Source: Raillietiella orientalis
Taxonomy: Eukaryota
Reading direction: 5' to 3'
DNA length: 64,000 nt
NCBI GenBank assembly: GCA_036172245.1
Contig: JAYWIR010000025.1
Location: 992,001-1,056,000 of the forward strand
The notes under the pieces are model-generated. The model ran no database searches, was not told the DNA's origin, and saw nothing but the letters and a program-made list of their open reading frames with translations. The number at the start of each line of letters is the position of its first letter. The first letter of the stretch is position 1. Positions 14,656 to 28,404 of this stretch are shown piece after piece. The position numbers and the translations under genes are program-made.

Positions 14656-16579
14656 CTGGAAACGAAACATTCAAGAAGCTGCTGCTTCTTGGAAGCTGCA
14701 ACCACCCTTGCGTTGGCACGGAAGAGGTGGCTGTAGTTTGTTGTCACCCTCGGGGAGGGCAGCCAGCAGTCGGTAACCGAGACAGTGGAGCCAGAAAGCG
14801 CCGTCCCGAGCGCCGTCGCTTACCGATCCAAGCTCCCCCCCCCTTCCGTCCTCCTCAGCGCCTGCGCTTTCGAGCGAGTCCAGCGTCGTCTGAAGCGACA
14901 GAGTCCTCTGGAGACTTTCCCTTTGGAGGATTCGAAGGAAGCGGAGAGAATTCCTTCCCGGATGCGCGTACTTGCCTAAAGTCACACAGAGAGAGGGACG
15001 TGCAACCTCTGGCTTCCGGAAAGCGAGAGTCGGGGCGAAGACCCTGCCCACGAGATGGGCAGGAAATGGTAAGGACAGAGGGGGTGGAACTGGAGGGAGA
15101 GGAGACGTCAGTAAAGCGACGGGACGCATCAAACTGGTTCCCCGATAACGCCAGGGGCAGCCGTGAGGAAGCTTTGGTCCAGCGAGGACGAATGCTCAAG
15201 GAGGACGCTGCCTCCTTGACGACGCCCGAAATGTCTTTCCACTCCATCACTCTCAGCAGAGCGGAGGCTGGAAGAATTCAAAATCCACCGACTGCAGCGC
15301 CTTGCTGCAGATCGTTTCCTGAACACCCCCCGTTCCGAGGGGTTTCCCCTGAGGAGTGCCTTAGACGCTCGTCGTCCTCTGGAGAGGAAACTCCGGGAGG
15401 AAAACGGGTGGAGATGAGGGAAGAAGCGGGGGGGCGGGGAGGGACTTTGCCTCCCCCCCCCCCGTCACGCAGCGCGTTCGGTTCCGGTATCCGGAAGAAG
15501 AACGGCGCGAGCGGGAGCTACCGGCTCCCCTCCCTTACCCCTCACTTCCCTTTCCGGAAGAAAAATGCAACCCTACCTGCCAGCGTACATTCCTTCGTAA
15601 AGCAGACCCGGGGTCTCTCTGGTGGCGTAGACTGCTGCGGAAGAAGGTCAACGGAAAGGGCCATCGTCGACCTCCCTGCGTGCGCGGCGGCGCGGGAGAG
15701 CGTCCAGCATCCCTGAAGACACAGAAACCAAAACGCGACCGCACACATGTCCGTTCGCATCGAGAGTGGTGTGGTGACAGGCGGCCGGTCTGGGGAGGGT
15801 CCCGCGCTATAACTCTGTGGTCCGCAGTCCAAGAGGAAGCCTCGAGGGCACGATGGTTTCCTGACCTCTGAACCCGTCTTAGGCATCCGCCTGCAGGCGC
15901 GCGCGAGCAGTCCCACGGCAGGCCTCATGTCTCCGCGCCCAGTGTTTTGGCACCTTGGTTACCCCTCCTCCTCCTCCCTCGCAAGGTCAGAGGACGCAGG
16001 GAAAAGTCACCACCGAGAGGATAGACGGCGGCGCGCCGACCATACGCGTGTGGGAAAAATGGAACATGGAGGAGATCTCGAGGATGATCCATCCGTCTGA
16101 GGGAATGTGATTGGCGCGCGCACGTGCCGTATGCCTCCTTCCCCGCACCTCTTTCGTTCGTTTTCCCTTCCAGTTGCGCCCTTTCCAGGGACTCTGTTGC
16201 CCACTCCGGAGGGGAAGGTGGAGAAAGACTTCAGCAGACGCCAACCCCACGCGCATGCGTGAAGGAGCACTCTTGTGCCCGATGGTGTATCCGGGGTAGC
16301 GCCGGCCCATTGCCGAGAGGCTAACCGTTCTTTCTCCGATCCCCTCCCTGGCGTGATTTCGCGAAACGCCCTATCCGGGCGTACGGCTGCAGCGCGCAAA
16401 CGCACCCCAAGGAAGCCACGAGTGCCTCTTCCCCCCGTTTCCTCCTAGAGGCGTATCTGAAGACTCACACGTGGCGGCTCCGAGGGAGAGCACACCTGGG
16501 GCCCTTTGAGAGAGAGAGAGAGAGAAATAACAGCAACAGCCGCCTGTCACCTCCAGAAAGCGGATTACGAGCAACCCCG

Positions 16580-17165
16580 GGGGGGGGGGGGGGGGCAGGA
16601 ACGAGGAGGGGTGACGACCTCACCCTTTGCAGCCGATGGCGGTGAGGAAGAGACTCCTCCACACGTGCCGCCCGACTGCTCGAAACTGCAGAGGGAACGG
16701 GAGCATCTGGTACATCTCTCTCTCCCGAATGGTGACCCCAAGGCTATTCTGCTTCCGGTTCTTCCAGCGCCACAGCGACAGGAAGCCCTCTTCTTTTGCC
16801 CTCAGTGCGGGTGGTGGTGCTGTCAAGAACTCCTCTGGGACTCCGGCAGCGCGACGGCCGGCACGAAGTATTGAGCCCCGCTCCAGCGGATAGCAGCGCG
16901 CAGGGCGGACCTGAGCTGCAGAGGTGGAACGGACGTCGTGGGAATGCACTGTCGCATAGGGAAGGACTCAGGAGAAGTGACCAACCCTACCTTCACACCC
17001 CGTCCCAGCTCAATCCAAACAAACAAAGTTCATTTTTTCATCATGCTCCGCGTGCCGAAGAAATGATGTCCCCACACCTTCCGACCGGCGACCACCTCTT
17101 TCACATTTTTACATTGAGGTTTGTTCATTTTACGTAAAAATAAACGTCCCGGAGTCAGCCGGTTT
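16580..17165 (+). mobile_element. 3' fragment of a GC-rich LINE-like family
   Basis: Degenerate zinc finger 'RNCRGNGSIWYISLS', a T-rich tail, and terminal AATAAACGTCCCGG (17139-17152), identical to the reverse complement of 35006-35019. Confidence 0.45.
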
Positions 17166-17599
17166 AAAGCGGTGAGTGGCTTGCCCTTGGGCATGCTGAC
17201 CTCTGGAAGGCTCAGGGAAGTTGTTCGATGGGATGTCCACGGGCATCGCATTCCAGGTTGGTTCGACTGTGGCGCGGACCGGCCAGTAGAGGCGCTTCGA
17301 TCCGCAGCGACGAGAAGCTCCGGTCCCGTGCATCCTCCTCCGCAAGCAAAGAAGGCTGAGGACTCTTCTCCGGGAGGAGTGGCACCCGGAAGGAGAATCA
17401 AGTTGGACTTCCGCCTTCTGCCGAAAACCTGGCGCGCTCTTCGGGCCGGAACGCGCGCGGCACCCAAGGCGCATCCGGCGTCGCATCTGGCGCCGACTCA
17501 CGTGCGATTGTCGGTCCTCCTTGAGCACTTTGCAGGCAGTGCGAATGGCTAACCCACTGGGGGCGCTACAGTTGACAGGCGGTGGAGCACGTCGGCTCG

Positions 17600-18300
17600 A
17601 TTCTCACCCGGGTGTGCCGGGGCCTTTACTCTCTCGAATAAAAACTTTTACAGAATCTGTGGCTGGGCCGGTGGTCCAGCCATGAGCTAGATGATCAAAG
17701 CCTTCTAGGTCACCGGTGCGATACACCTCGGCAACAGAGGGTAGGGAGCATAAACAAAACGAAAAAACAAAAATGAAACATAAATAAAAGAAGTGGGAAG
17801 GTGCGGGAAGGGATCACAGCCTGATGGGAGGGTCCGTCACGGCTCGAGAACTCTGGGGAAAGGAAACGCTCGTGCCTTTCCCCTGCGTCTTCTGGCCTTG
17901 ACGCGGGAGGAAGGGGCGGGCACGCGTGACCAGTCAAGGCGCTCCTGCTGGCGATCGGCTCGGTCCCGCAGGAACTGAAAGAAAGCAGGTGCCTGTCTTG
18001 TGACTCGCAGGGTCCCGTGCATCCTTTCACCAGCGTCACTGCACCTACCGGCGGACACGCGTCTCGCCACTTCCTTGTGCAGTCCACCCAGAAGTGAAGC
18101 TCCCAGCCGCACTTTCATGCAAAGAAGTGCGGGAGCAGCCTCCCAGTGGAAATTCTTGGATTCAGCGAGTTCAGAGGCGGAGATGGCGGAGAGAGCAAAG
18201 GGAGATCGTTGGCGCTGCCCCGTTGGCTTCAAGAGCTGCGGGAAGTCCACCATCACGAGGGGCAGAGAGGACTGGGTTGCCTAAGAGCCAGTACACCCTT
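17600..18300 (-). mobile_element. 3' fragment of the same LINE-like family
   Basis: Terminus tcacccgggtg..ggggc shared with 28906-28925; minus-strand pyrimidine-rich tail at 17740-17800; 'GGLHKEVARRVSA' resembles 'GALQEMWRRLASA' of the 29 kb copy. Confidence 0.4.
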
Positions 18301-19000
18301 CGGAGTGTTCCAGGCGAATGCTGCGACCCCGAGTGCCCTTCCACGAGGACTACAGCGCTGGGGCGAGCTGCTCGGTCTTCTCAGCGGAGACCGGGAGTGA
18401 GCCCCAGTGCTCAAGAACAACTGCGTCCGCCCCCTGAAGTGGCGGGAGTAGGCATTTCTGTTTTCGCTCTGGAGTCTTTTCTGCAGCGCACGCCGGCACC
18501 ACTGAACGTTGGGTAGAGCATACCCAGATAGTCGCAGTTGTGAGGAACGGAAATGCCCCCTTCCGCAACTGCTTGAGGGCTGCGTTGCCCACGGCCCCTA
18601 TGAGAACGTTCCGAACGACCCTGCGGATCCTGCTTGGCAACCCAGGGACTTTTTACTGCCCCTCTTTGTTCGGGATGTCGTGCAGCCCCTGTGGCCCCAC
18701 TTTGCTGCATCTGCGGGATTGTGGTGGCGCGTGGCGAAGTCGACAGAGGGAGAAACGAGAGGGACGTCGTTCAGTTCGTAGTTCGCTTTTTGCAGATAGA
18801 GGATGGGATCTATTCGAACCGTAAGGATTCCAACTCACATGGGACCTATTGGAACGTACCTGCCTGGCATCCTGGAAAGGATGAAGATCTCCCCAGCGAA
18901 CAATAATCCCCTCCCGATTCTCTCAAGGATTTTTATTTATTTTTATTTACTCTTTGTTTTTATTTTCGTTTTCTCCTATCTCCCTCCGCTGTCGTGGAAA
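18300..19000 (+). mobile_element. 3' fragment of the same LINE-like family
   Basis: 'RSCEERKCPLPQLLEGC' resembles 'RCGAAETLPHLLFDC'; T-rich tail at 18925-18990. Confidence 0.45.
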
Positions 19001-19399
19001 GCCCTGCCAGTCTGCGTACTGCTGACCCGGCAGGTCCATGGGCAAACTGAATGTAGTAGAACCACGTGACCTACCACAATTTGTGAGTTGAAATTAAAAT
19101 TTTAATGAACGGGTGGAATCAGAGTGCTCCAAGCTCTGAAAAGCTGTAGATCTCCAAACCATGCTGAGGTGGCCCGTTCCCAAGCTCGTATGCTGGGGGA
19201 CGAATCGGGCTGCTGTTGCGCTCGTGCTTTGGCTCCAGTGGCGGTTCAGCAAGACGATAACGGTGCGTAGAGCTCTTGGTACTTTTTCACGGAGGAAATG
19301 ATAATCTTCTCACTGTGTGCAAAGTTTCGTGCTCTCCTTCAAGTGGCGACACGAGGTGGCTCTCTTCATGCACCTGGGCCATGGTTCCGCTACGGGAGC

Positions 19400-20950
19400 C
19401 ACCACCTCATGAGGAGCAAGCACTCTTTCCGAACCGTGCCAAGTGCAAGGCGGTAGAATCATAGGGAACAGTGTCCTCATCCCCAAGGCTGCCTTCGAAC
19501 TCTTCTAAGAAATGCAGACGAAAACTGGAAAACAGATGGTGAAGACCCAACGAAAACCTCTGTGGGGAGAACTCGAGTCGAGAATGAAACTTGGACATCT
19601 CTGTCGTCCAACGGGAAAAGGTGGTACGGTGAAAAAATCCATGGAACGTTCGACCCATCTTCCGAACGTTTGGAAACTTCAATAACGAATAGCCCTATGT
19701 CGCCCACAAGAGCTACTTGAAGCTGAGCAACAGCCCGGAGACTTTATGACTTCTTTGATGAAGGAAATGGAACAGTAAATAAACAAAAATCTCCCACGTG
19801 ACCAAGGAAACAAGAGCTGGTAACCATTAACGAATCAAAATGACCTCTAAATCAAGGACTTCGGAAACGACTAGCTATGATGATCCTTTATTTTCTTCCC
19901 TTGCCAAGGGCTGCAGGAAGATGGATTTAACGGAGATGAAGACAATGTGAAGAGTTTGCAATAAGTGGCAAATGCTACAAGATGCTGCTGCTCCATTAGG
20001 AAGAAAGTACAAGACTTCCAAGTTGTGATAACTCTTATGATCGTAGAAGTGCCTGGTCCCTGGTAGAGAAATAAAATTGAAGGATCGTATATCAAGAAGA
20101 GAAACTGGGGAAGTCCAAACTACGGCCTCCACCAATGCTGAATATTCCATAGAAACCAAAAAAACACTGGAGCAAGGTTTGGCAGCCGAAACTGCTACCA
20201 GAGATCCAAGATCTCCTAATATTTCATCATAGAGGTTCGTCATGTGTTCAGAGACTTCAACCACACACATCCACCAAATTATTCGAGGGGAGAACCTCAA
20301 AACAAGTTTAACGAAGCCTACGGGAACTTCATTGTTCACGTGCCAAACATGGAACAGGAAACGTGCAAAATAGAAAAGTGATAAAGCACGTGGCAGAATT
20401 TCAGGACCTTTTGTTTTTGTTTTTAGCCTTTGTTTTTTCCACGGTAGCAGCATCACATTGGCCAGACTGGTCGTTTGTCATCTCCAGGAGCTGCTAGATC
20501 GACGGCTCGTTTCCGGCGCTTTCTCGCACCTTGAGAAGACTTGAACATAGACACGAGTTTTTAGACTGGGCTTGCAGCCTATCAGGACATTCTTGCGCCG
20601 CCGCTGCCCTCATCCATAGTCGTTGCCTCCACTCCACCCTACGCTTTTTTCACTTGCCCGTTTTCCTCGAACAGTAATTATCAGTGTGCCTCTTTGAAGG
20701 GGAAGAGATTTCTCCCCTATACAACTCTATCTTAAGTATCGGCAGCGCCTTCTATGCCATAAGCATGGGGATCAGAATGACAAACTCGGGTGAGGAACAG
20801 TAGTAGCCTTGAAAATCCTCACAAGACTGACGATGAAAGAAATAGTTACTGAGAAAGGGTCCCAGTCTGGACATTTCGGTACGCCTTGCAAAGGGTGCAA
20901 GAGAATGTCCAAGTGCAAAGGCACTATACCACTCAGATCAAATGCTTGAG
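19400..20950 (+). mobile_element. Highly decayed LINE RT
   Basis: Ordered remnants: 'RNWG..TASTNAEYSIETK' (cf. NWRPITLLNxDYKILTK), 'FVMCSETSTTHI', 'GLFEGEEISPL', 'HKTDD'. Confidence 0.4.
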
Positions 20951-22428
20951 AAGTGAAAAGGACTCCGGATTATAGTGTTCTCTTGTGAGAACACTATCGT
21001 ATTGTTGTAAAAAATGCTACAGTCAAGTTTGTTTGTTGATTATATATTGTTTTGTCAGGTGCAGTTGTTTTCAACAGACTACTTTATCGTTATTCGGAGT
21101 GAGGAAATGAAAAATAAGAAATGGAACAAATTATTATAAACTGTGGAGTCTTAAAAGTTTATTTATGCAGTTGATTACTTAATGAATTCCTTCATCACTT
21201 AGTGACTGTTTCTTGCAAAATCTATCTCACTGAGAGCCAGTTATTGTTCTCGTAGATTACCTTTAGGAAAAACTGGACTATTTCGAAGTCCAAGAGATAC
21301 ACAATCTTTAGCAAACGAAAAATGCAGACATGAAAAACGCACATAATTATCCATATAATATATCTCAGAAATATTCCATATCTCAGTAAACAGCGCAATG
21401 ATTTACGTCAAATGCAATTCGAAAGTGATGAAAGGATCAGATGAACAAAATCCTGCTATAGACTACTGAAGTTTGAAATTGATTTGTCAGTAACTACTGG
21501 GAAAAAGAACAATAACAAATGTTTTCTTATGTCCTTTTTTTAAAAGTGTTGTGCTAATGATTGCTTATTTTGTCACTTCAACTTTAGTTTGTAAATTTCT
21601 TCTGTTTTTTCTTTTAACTCTGAAAATTATCTCTGCACTACTTACAATTGATTTGGTAACCATTTATTTACATTATTTGTTCAGAAAATAATAAATATAA
21701 TAAATGAAAGAGAATTAATAATGAAATTGAGACTGTATCGGAGTTCTTTGTATATATTGTACCTACTTGATTTTCTGATTATACTTATAATGAAGAATAA
21801 TTTAGAGCTTGTATAACTTGGTATCACTTTAACATGCTTTGATCTCGAAAATCGTTGGTTGGTTTGAATGTTCTAATACGCTACTTCGTGTAGGAATCCC
21901 AAGTTGAAACAGCCAAAGGCTTCTCGTGCCGTACGCCAGAATGTTCTTAGGTAGGTAGCTTGCATGGTTCTAGTGAATGAAAGGATGATTACGTCAGGTG
22001 AATCTATAAAAAAACTGTAGTCTATACTTTCTCTTTTGCAATTAATGACCATTCAGAATTGTGCCATGGAGTATTAATTCTTAAGATACCTTAAATTTAT
22101 GTTCTTTAATACAAGAGTAAGATTTTCAGATCAGGCTTCATTTCCGGTTCTTTACTGATGCGTTTATTGAGCGCTTGTAACTATGGTCATCCAGAAAATC
22201 GAGATTTCAGCTTGACTTAGTAGTAAGTAATTTGGTGTATTTTGTTTAGTTTGTACTGTCACCAATCGTGACAAACAAAAGACCATGCCTTGTTTAGGTA
22301 AGTGAATATTCTAACTTTGAATTTTTCAATTCAAGCTGCATCCCAAATGCACCGTTCAGATGCTAACTACATGAGAACAGAAGTTCAAAGTACTGACCAA
22401 TGAAATAAATATCAGAAATTTCTTTGCC

Positions 22429-24909
22429 ATGACCATGTTTGTTGAGTGTTCAGAGGAAGAGGAAAATGCAATTGATTCCTTTAAAGAAAATGGATATTTT
22501 GAAAATCTGGTAATGCATTTAGTTTTGTATACATGTTTTTGCCAAAGTTATGTCTAGACATTTTTTAGGGAGCTACATTACTTTGTTCGAGAGCTTTGTT
22601 CTGAAAAGAATAAGTTTGCAAACTAGTTATTGAGTGATAAATATTCATACTTAAAAGTGAAAAGCCAAATCACAAGTTTTCACATTAAGTAACTTCTTGC
22701 TCTAAATTCAAATACACTTGGTTTTAAACAGTGAACTAGAATTTAAAATTATGGTTTAGTGACTTCATAGTTGGTTTTAGAATGAATGTTGCAGAAAGTA
22801 TTCAGATGTTTGAATTTTACCCATATCAATGTCTCAAGATCTTTGTACTGTCTGCATTTGTTATACTTCATAACATAAAAGTGTTATACCTTTGGACATA
22901 TATATTAATGTGCTCTATACTTTCAGCGAAAGAGAAAATTGGAAAATGATTCTGAAGACAAATCAGTCTGTAAAGGAACAAATGAATGCAAACGTGTTTG
23001 CCGACTACCATCAATTGTTCACATGTTTGCTGCTCCAAGCATTCGCAAGATTAACAAGGTGTTTTGCGTAAGAAATGAAATATATTGTATGCGACTTTTT
23101 TTTTTTATTTAAATTTAGAAATCTTTTGCATCCCTTGAGGATGGTAAGCCAGCTGATAGTGTTCAGAATCCAAGCTCTAACCCTGTTGTCTCCAAAAAGT
23201 CACCTACTTTTTTAAGAAAAAGTTACTCAGTAATGAACAAATCACACAATGGATTTCAATCACAATATAAAGGACCTGCTCGAACCATTGTTTGTAATAG
23301 AAAGACATCATCATGGATGGAAAATGAGGCTTGGAAGAATGAGGTTGTTGGTTTGCCGAGACAGGAAATAAAGAGACAAGAGGTTAATCTTTTGATCTTT
23401 AAAGGAGAGCCATGTGCTTTTATTTTAACTTCTGTAGGTTATTCATGAATTATTAGAAGGGGAAAAAGACTTCATTGCTGATTTGAATTTAGTTAAAAAG
23501 GTATATTTATCCTCAATACAGTGCCTGAATCTGCTGACAAAATCGGAAATCAATATTATATTCACTCCCATTCTTAATTTGTTACCATTGCATGAAAAGT
23601 TTCTCGATTCTTTACAAAGTGCTTGTCTGCCCAGTGGAAGAGTACTTAAGTTGGGCAGTATTGTGCATTCTTGGGTAAGTTCTATCTTATATGCCACATG
23701 TAAGGAATTCTTACCCAGCTTCCCTCGTTGAATTCATATAAAGCATACTGTGCCAGCCTTCTTAATGTAAAAACTGTGTTAGAGGATAAGCGTTCTAAAT
23801 ATGTTGCGTTTAAAGAATTTCTAGAGTGTTGTATGCAGAGCTCTTTCAGTCGTCGTCTGGATTTATGGAACTTTCTAGGTAAGTATAGTGATTCTGTATA
23901 GTGATTTATCAACATTAAACTTGTAGATGTGCCTCGACTTCGCATCACCAAGTATCCCATACTGCTTCGTGAGATTATTCACAATACTCCTGAAGGTCAT
24001 GAAGATAAGGATTTATTGTCAACATGTGTGTTTCTGGCAGAGAACATTCTTCATGAGGTTGATAAGGCAGTTGGGAAACAGGAATGCCGGTGGATGTTAA
24101 AAAAATTGTGCATTTCTAACACCAGTATTCACAAGAAAGAGATGTTTGTCACAGCAAGTGCAGTGCTGTTGCATGGAGACTTGCACAATCTGCAAGGCAG
24201 AGTGAGTGGTATATTGTTTTGCAATATTTGCAGCAGTTGATTTGCAGAAATTTTATGTTGTGTTGTTTGATACTGGGCTGGTAATTGCACAACACACCCA
24301 CCAAAGTAAGACAGACAATTATAAAATTCAAACACTCATTCCTGTTGATCAACTGCTGTTTAAGGATTTCAATGGAAAACTGCAACGAAAAGCATCATTT
24401 CGTTTGGTGGTCAATTCTACACCAAAAGGTTTGTTATGGCAACTCATACTGTATCCACTTTTTGTGTAGATAAACCTGCCTTCTGGGTTGGCTCCAACAG
24501 CAAGGCTAATGATGCAGGCCATGTGTTATTTGCTACTGATATTCATACCAAAAAGCAGTGGTTGTCTTCTTTGAAGAAAGCCACTGATTTAGCTACAAGA
24601 CCTGAACAGCATACTGAAAGGAGTGACCATAGTTGCACACAAAGGGAAGCCTTTTTGAAGACACTTCTGGCTACCTGTCCAGAAAATAAAGAAGCTGACT
24701 TCACAAATGATCGATGTACTGTTTCCAAGGAAGCAGAGAACCCTAGAACAGCATTAAAGCAACAAAAGAACCATACTAAAACTGAGAATAACATCCATAA
24801 GCTGAAGAGAAGTGTTTGCAGTCACTTGAGCTTGAAAAATGCACGCTCAAAGACACTTACCAAAACACAATCTTGGAGTCACCTGATTAATGCTGCCCTT
24901 CTAGCATAA
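22429..24909 (+). CDS. Rho guanine nucleotide exchange factor (DH-PH), NET1/ARHGEF3-like
   Basis: Exons 22429-22509, 22927-23067 (or 23058), 23119-23382, 23438-23674, 23719-23878, 23927-24201, 24248-24428, 24470-24909. DH motifs EIKRQEVIHELLEGEKDFIADL, SFSRRLDLWNFLDVPRLRITKYPILLREI..TP; PH motifs FYVVLFDT and HVLFATDIHTKKQWL; basic N-terminal RKRK. The start codon is tentative. Confidence 0.9.
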
Positions 24910-25247
24910 ATGGATCTGCTATTGAATCGATCTGTGGTGGATAGCATTGCAACTTCAAAAAACTGTTTTTGAAATGTTCATTTGACAGTCCTAGATTGCT
25001 TACTCAGAAACCCTAGTGTATTTTCGGATCTACACAGAGGATTGGAAATTTAAGGAAAGACCCCTGTGCAAGGCTTATTCAAAGTAATTCAGAGTTTCAG
25101 ACAATTCTGTAAGACAAAATGGTTGATTTGACATTCAAAAAAATGAACAGTGTAGAAAATGTACCAAATAAACTTGTATTTTAGAACAGTTTTGTCTTTA
25201 GTAAAATTTTAAAGACTGATGCTAATTGGTAAAATTTCAATTAGCAA

Positions 25248-25648
25248 TCAGCAGTTCATTTCCTCTATCAAAACTTTTCCACTTCCTGAATCATCATCTG
25301 AGATGGTGCTTTCACAAATGCTACTTTCTGAATCAGAATCAACTTCTAGTAATGCAATATTCTAAAAGTAAAGCAATTGCCCTGTGATTACCTCTATAGT
25401 AAATTAAAATTCTTAAATTCTAGTACCATTTCAACAATAGGTCCATTTGTATTCTGAATATTCTCTATGTCAAATTCTTCAGGACATCTGTGCTGCATCT
25501 CTTGCTTGAGGTGAAGATCAGCTTCTTGAATTTTAGGAATAAATTCTTTCACTCTCTGAAGCACTCTTGATTCAGCCACTTCATGTGGCACTGATCTGCC
25601 ACCCTTTAAGAGCTGCTTTACAAGAGCTTGCTTTCTTTTAACATCCAT
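25248..25648 (-). CDS. NOPCHAP1: NOP protein chaperone 1 (C12orf45/DUF4598 family), about 111 aa
   Basis: Exons 25648-25427 and 25361-25248 with a 65-nt GT-AG intron. SRVLQRVKEFIPKIQEAD..FDIENI..GPIVEMNIAL, an acidic Ser-rich stretch and C-terminal LIEEM match the family pattern. Confidence 0.8.
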
Positions 25649-26227
25649 GAAAACACTAATTGATTAAATACTTCATGGTTGATATACAAGAATGCGTGAT
25701 TAAACAGAAGATGGGGAGAAAATATCCCTACAAAGTCCTTCAATTTATGAATAATGATGAATTACTTATGCCATGGAAGACGCACAGCATCAAAATCTAG
25801 CTGGAGCACAGAATTCCAAATGAGGTAAAACTTAATCCCTAAAAGTTCCATTCACACTTACTCTCGCAGATCACCTTTTATTTATATCGGTTCCCATCCA
25901 TTATATTCGTGCAAACACTTCACAAAATGCATTCAACCTTCTCACATATTGAACTGTACGAAAAACTGACTTCAAATGACGATCTAATAAATTGTTGTTT
26001 TTATCTTTAAGTGGAAATGACGAAATATACTCAACTGGGCACCGAGAAACACGTGCACTCCCAGCCTTCGTGGTCGCACGAATGCGATGACAGCGTAACG
26101 CTTGGCTGCTTTGCGTGCCATCCGACCACACCATGTGCCTTGCATGCATCTGCAAGCCCTCTGGCCACTTCAGTCATACCAATTGTACAATGCTCCACGA
26201 ACATAATAATACAGAAGATCAGTTCTG

Positions 26228-26830
26228 ATGATCGTTTATTACGAGAATTTACAGCAGTGCTTCAAGTCTCCCCGAACACCACTGCAAACGGATGCTGCGC
26301 GCTTCCATGGCATTGGCGTAGACTCACGCGAGCACCTCCCGAAGAACTGGATGCCCAGCAAAATCTCAGCTCCACGCGCAGAGATACGGCGCTGGTCCGA
26401 ACGGCAGCATCCACACACAAGCACTCGTCGACCCAAACACGGTGCCACGCTGTTTATTTGGGGGCCTAGGAAGTTTCCTCCAAACTTCAAAAGAAAGGCT
26501 CTCGGGTTGGATCCAGCTCATCCCAGAATCCAGTAAGAGCACGAGAGACTGGATGTCGTTTGGCTGAACGCGACCACGGCTTTATCTCCGTTTCACAGCT
26601 TCAGACGAAATCAAGATGCTTTCGCTGGACGACGACGCGCAGGCAGTAATATAAAGCGTGTGGAGCTCAGCATTTGTCCACCTGCTTACAACAGATTTGG
26701 TCCAGAGTTGCGCCAGCAGATTTCAAGCCGCATCCGAAACTTGGCGGGTTCCCTTGCCACAGAGAACCACAAGTATTTCCAAGGAAAAGACACGAATGGA
26801 GAACCGGAAATGCCCTGACACTTTACGGGG
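26228..26830 (+). CDS. Possible small multi-exon gene of unknown function
   Basis: A 102-aa ORF ends at a CA|GTAAG donor (about 26533); further acceptor/donor pairs occur at about 26598, 26694 and 26830 with small-intron spacing. No recognised homology. Confidence 0.2.
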
Positions 26831-27819
26831 TGAGTAAATAGTGTGAAGTGAAGCCACTTCAGAGGCATGGTGTTTCAAGAACTGACTAAATAAAAGTGAA
26901 AACAGCACAATCCACGGATTGCAAATACAATTTTAGAACGCTTCAGATTTTCGTCAAGGGGTAGCCTTGAACTATACGAAGCAACTAAGAATTTCAATGA
27001 AAGGCTGGCATAAATCATTACGATTGCTGTAAGTTATTGGTACGTGAATATTCCACAGTACCGTTTGAACAAAGGTTAACTGAGGACTTTGCATTACTCA
27101 GTTCTACACTGGATACAGTAGCAGGAAAACAGCTGTGATATTCACAATTTTAGAGAAGGTAATCGTGACTGGGCTTGCTGCTCAAAGAACTTTCGAGTAA
27201 AGCATTTCCTAATTTATTGCAAAGAGTGCATTCGTGTGCTTAGCATTCGATAGAAGCTCCAAGGAAATGTTCTTCACCGAGGAAATGCTCCACTTCTGTG
27301 AAAGCAAATAACCAGATAACCAGAGTAACCAGACTACTGTGCACTGTGTAGACATGACCACTGAATATACATGTGATAGACTTGCAAGTTCATTCCAAGG
27401 CGATTCTGCAGCAATGGTGTACGCCAATGCCAGTTTGAACAGAGAATATACTTTGCTTTTTCAGCAAAGCAAACAGCATCCTGGAAAATCATGTGTATAT
27501 CTCTAATGCACTGCAGTGCACAAATACTTCATGTGCACTTGCAAAATTTACTGACTGGAGAGGACCGCTGCAGTTGTATGCTGTGCATGATGTGCATAAA
27601 ATGAATCTGACTGATCAAGTAACATTCTGATCAATGTTTGTGCTGTTGGAAATTGAAAATGAAACAACTATTGCAACCCCTCACGTCATTCTCGTGTTTT
27701 ATTTCTTTGACCATTTCGGACACAAGCAGCGTCTGCTATTCAAGAGGATGGATGGAGAGAATCGGAAGGTTATCCGTTTCTACGATCAATGTGATAAAAA
27801 GGGACCACCACACTTCTTC

Positions 27820-28404
27820 TATCCAGCAAGATGGAAGGAATGGCATTCACTGACTCGTTTTCGAAACCAGGGAAAACAGCATCCACTGGATCCGATTAGG
27901 CTTCATCAGTAAATACGCCGAGAGAGCATGCAGCAATTCTGGATGTACATCTGTGCGTATTTCTCTGAATCCTCATAGCGGAATTTCCAAAAGTTCTTGT
28001 CATTCGTTTTCTGCTGGAAGGTGTGCCTCTCCATATTATGTTTGCTTGTGCTGCTTTCCGATTTTTTCGTTTTCTTCAGTTCACATGCTAATACAGATCT
28101 GTGAGGTTGGTTTTCCCTCACGTGTTTTTTCATTCTTTCGTAGATGAAGACATGATTACAGGATGAATGCGAGTTCAAGCGCATACCTGTTCGACGTGTA
28201 TTTTGGCTTTGGAGTTTGCTCCTGACCCAACTTGGAGATTTTTGATTCCATAAACATCTGCAACGCCTCCCACCCATTATCGTGAATATATGGGCATGCA
28301 TTCCACGGACCGATATTGCAGAAACCCTCTTTGCATTTCTCGAATTGCTCCTTTAGCCAGCTTTTATGTAGGGCATTGTCTACATCACTAAATTGCAATT
28401 CCAT
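27820..28404 (-). CDS. Possible small multi-exon gene of unknown function
   Basis: ORFs 28156-28422 and 27906-28301 join in frame through a 52-nt GTATGC..AAG intron (28186-28135). No recognised homology. Confidence 0.25.

Noticed and set aside
14610..15716. 368-aa plus-strand ORF
   Set aside because: Low-complexity GC-rich translation, partly antisense to a neprilysin exon, with no domain; likely a chance ORF.
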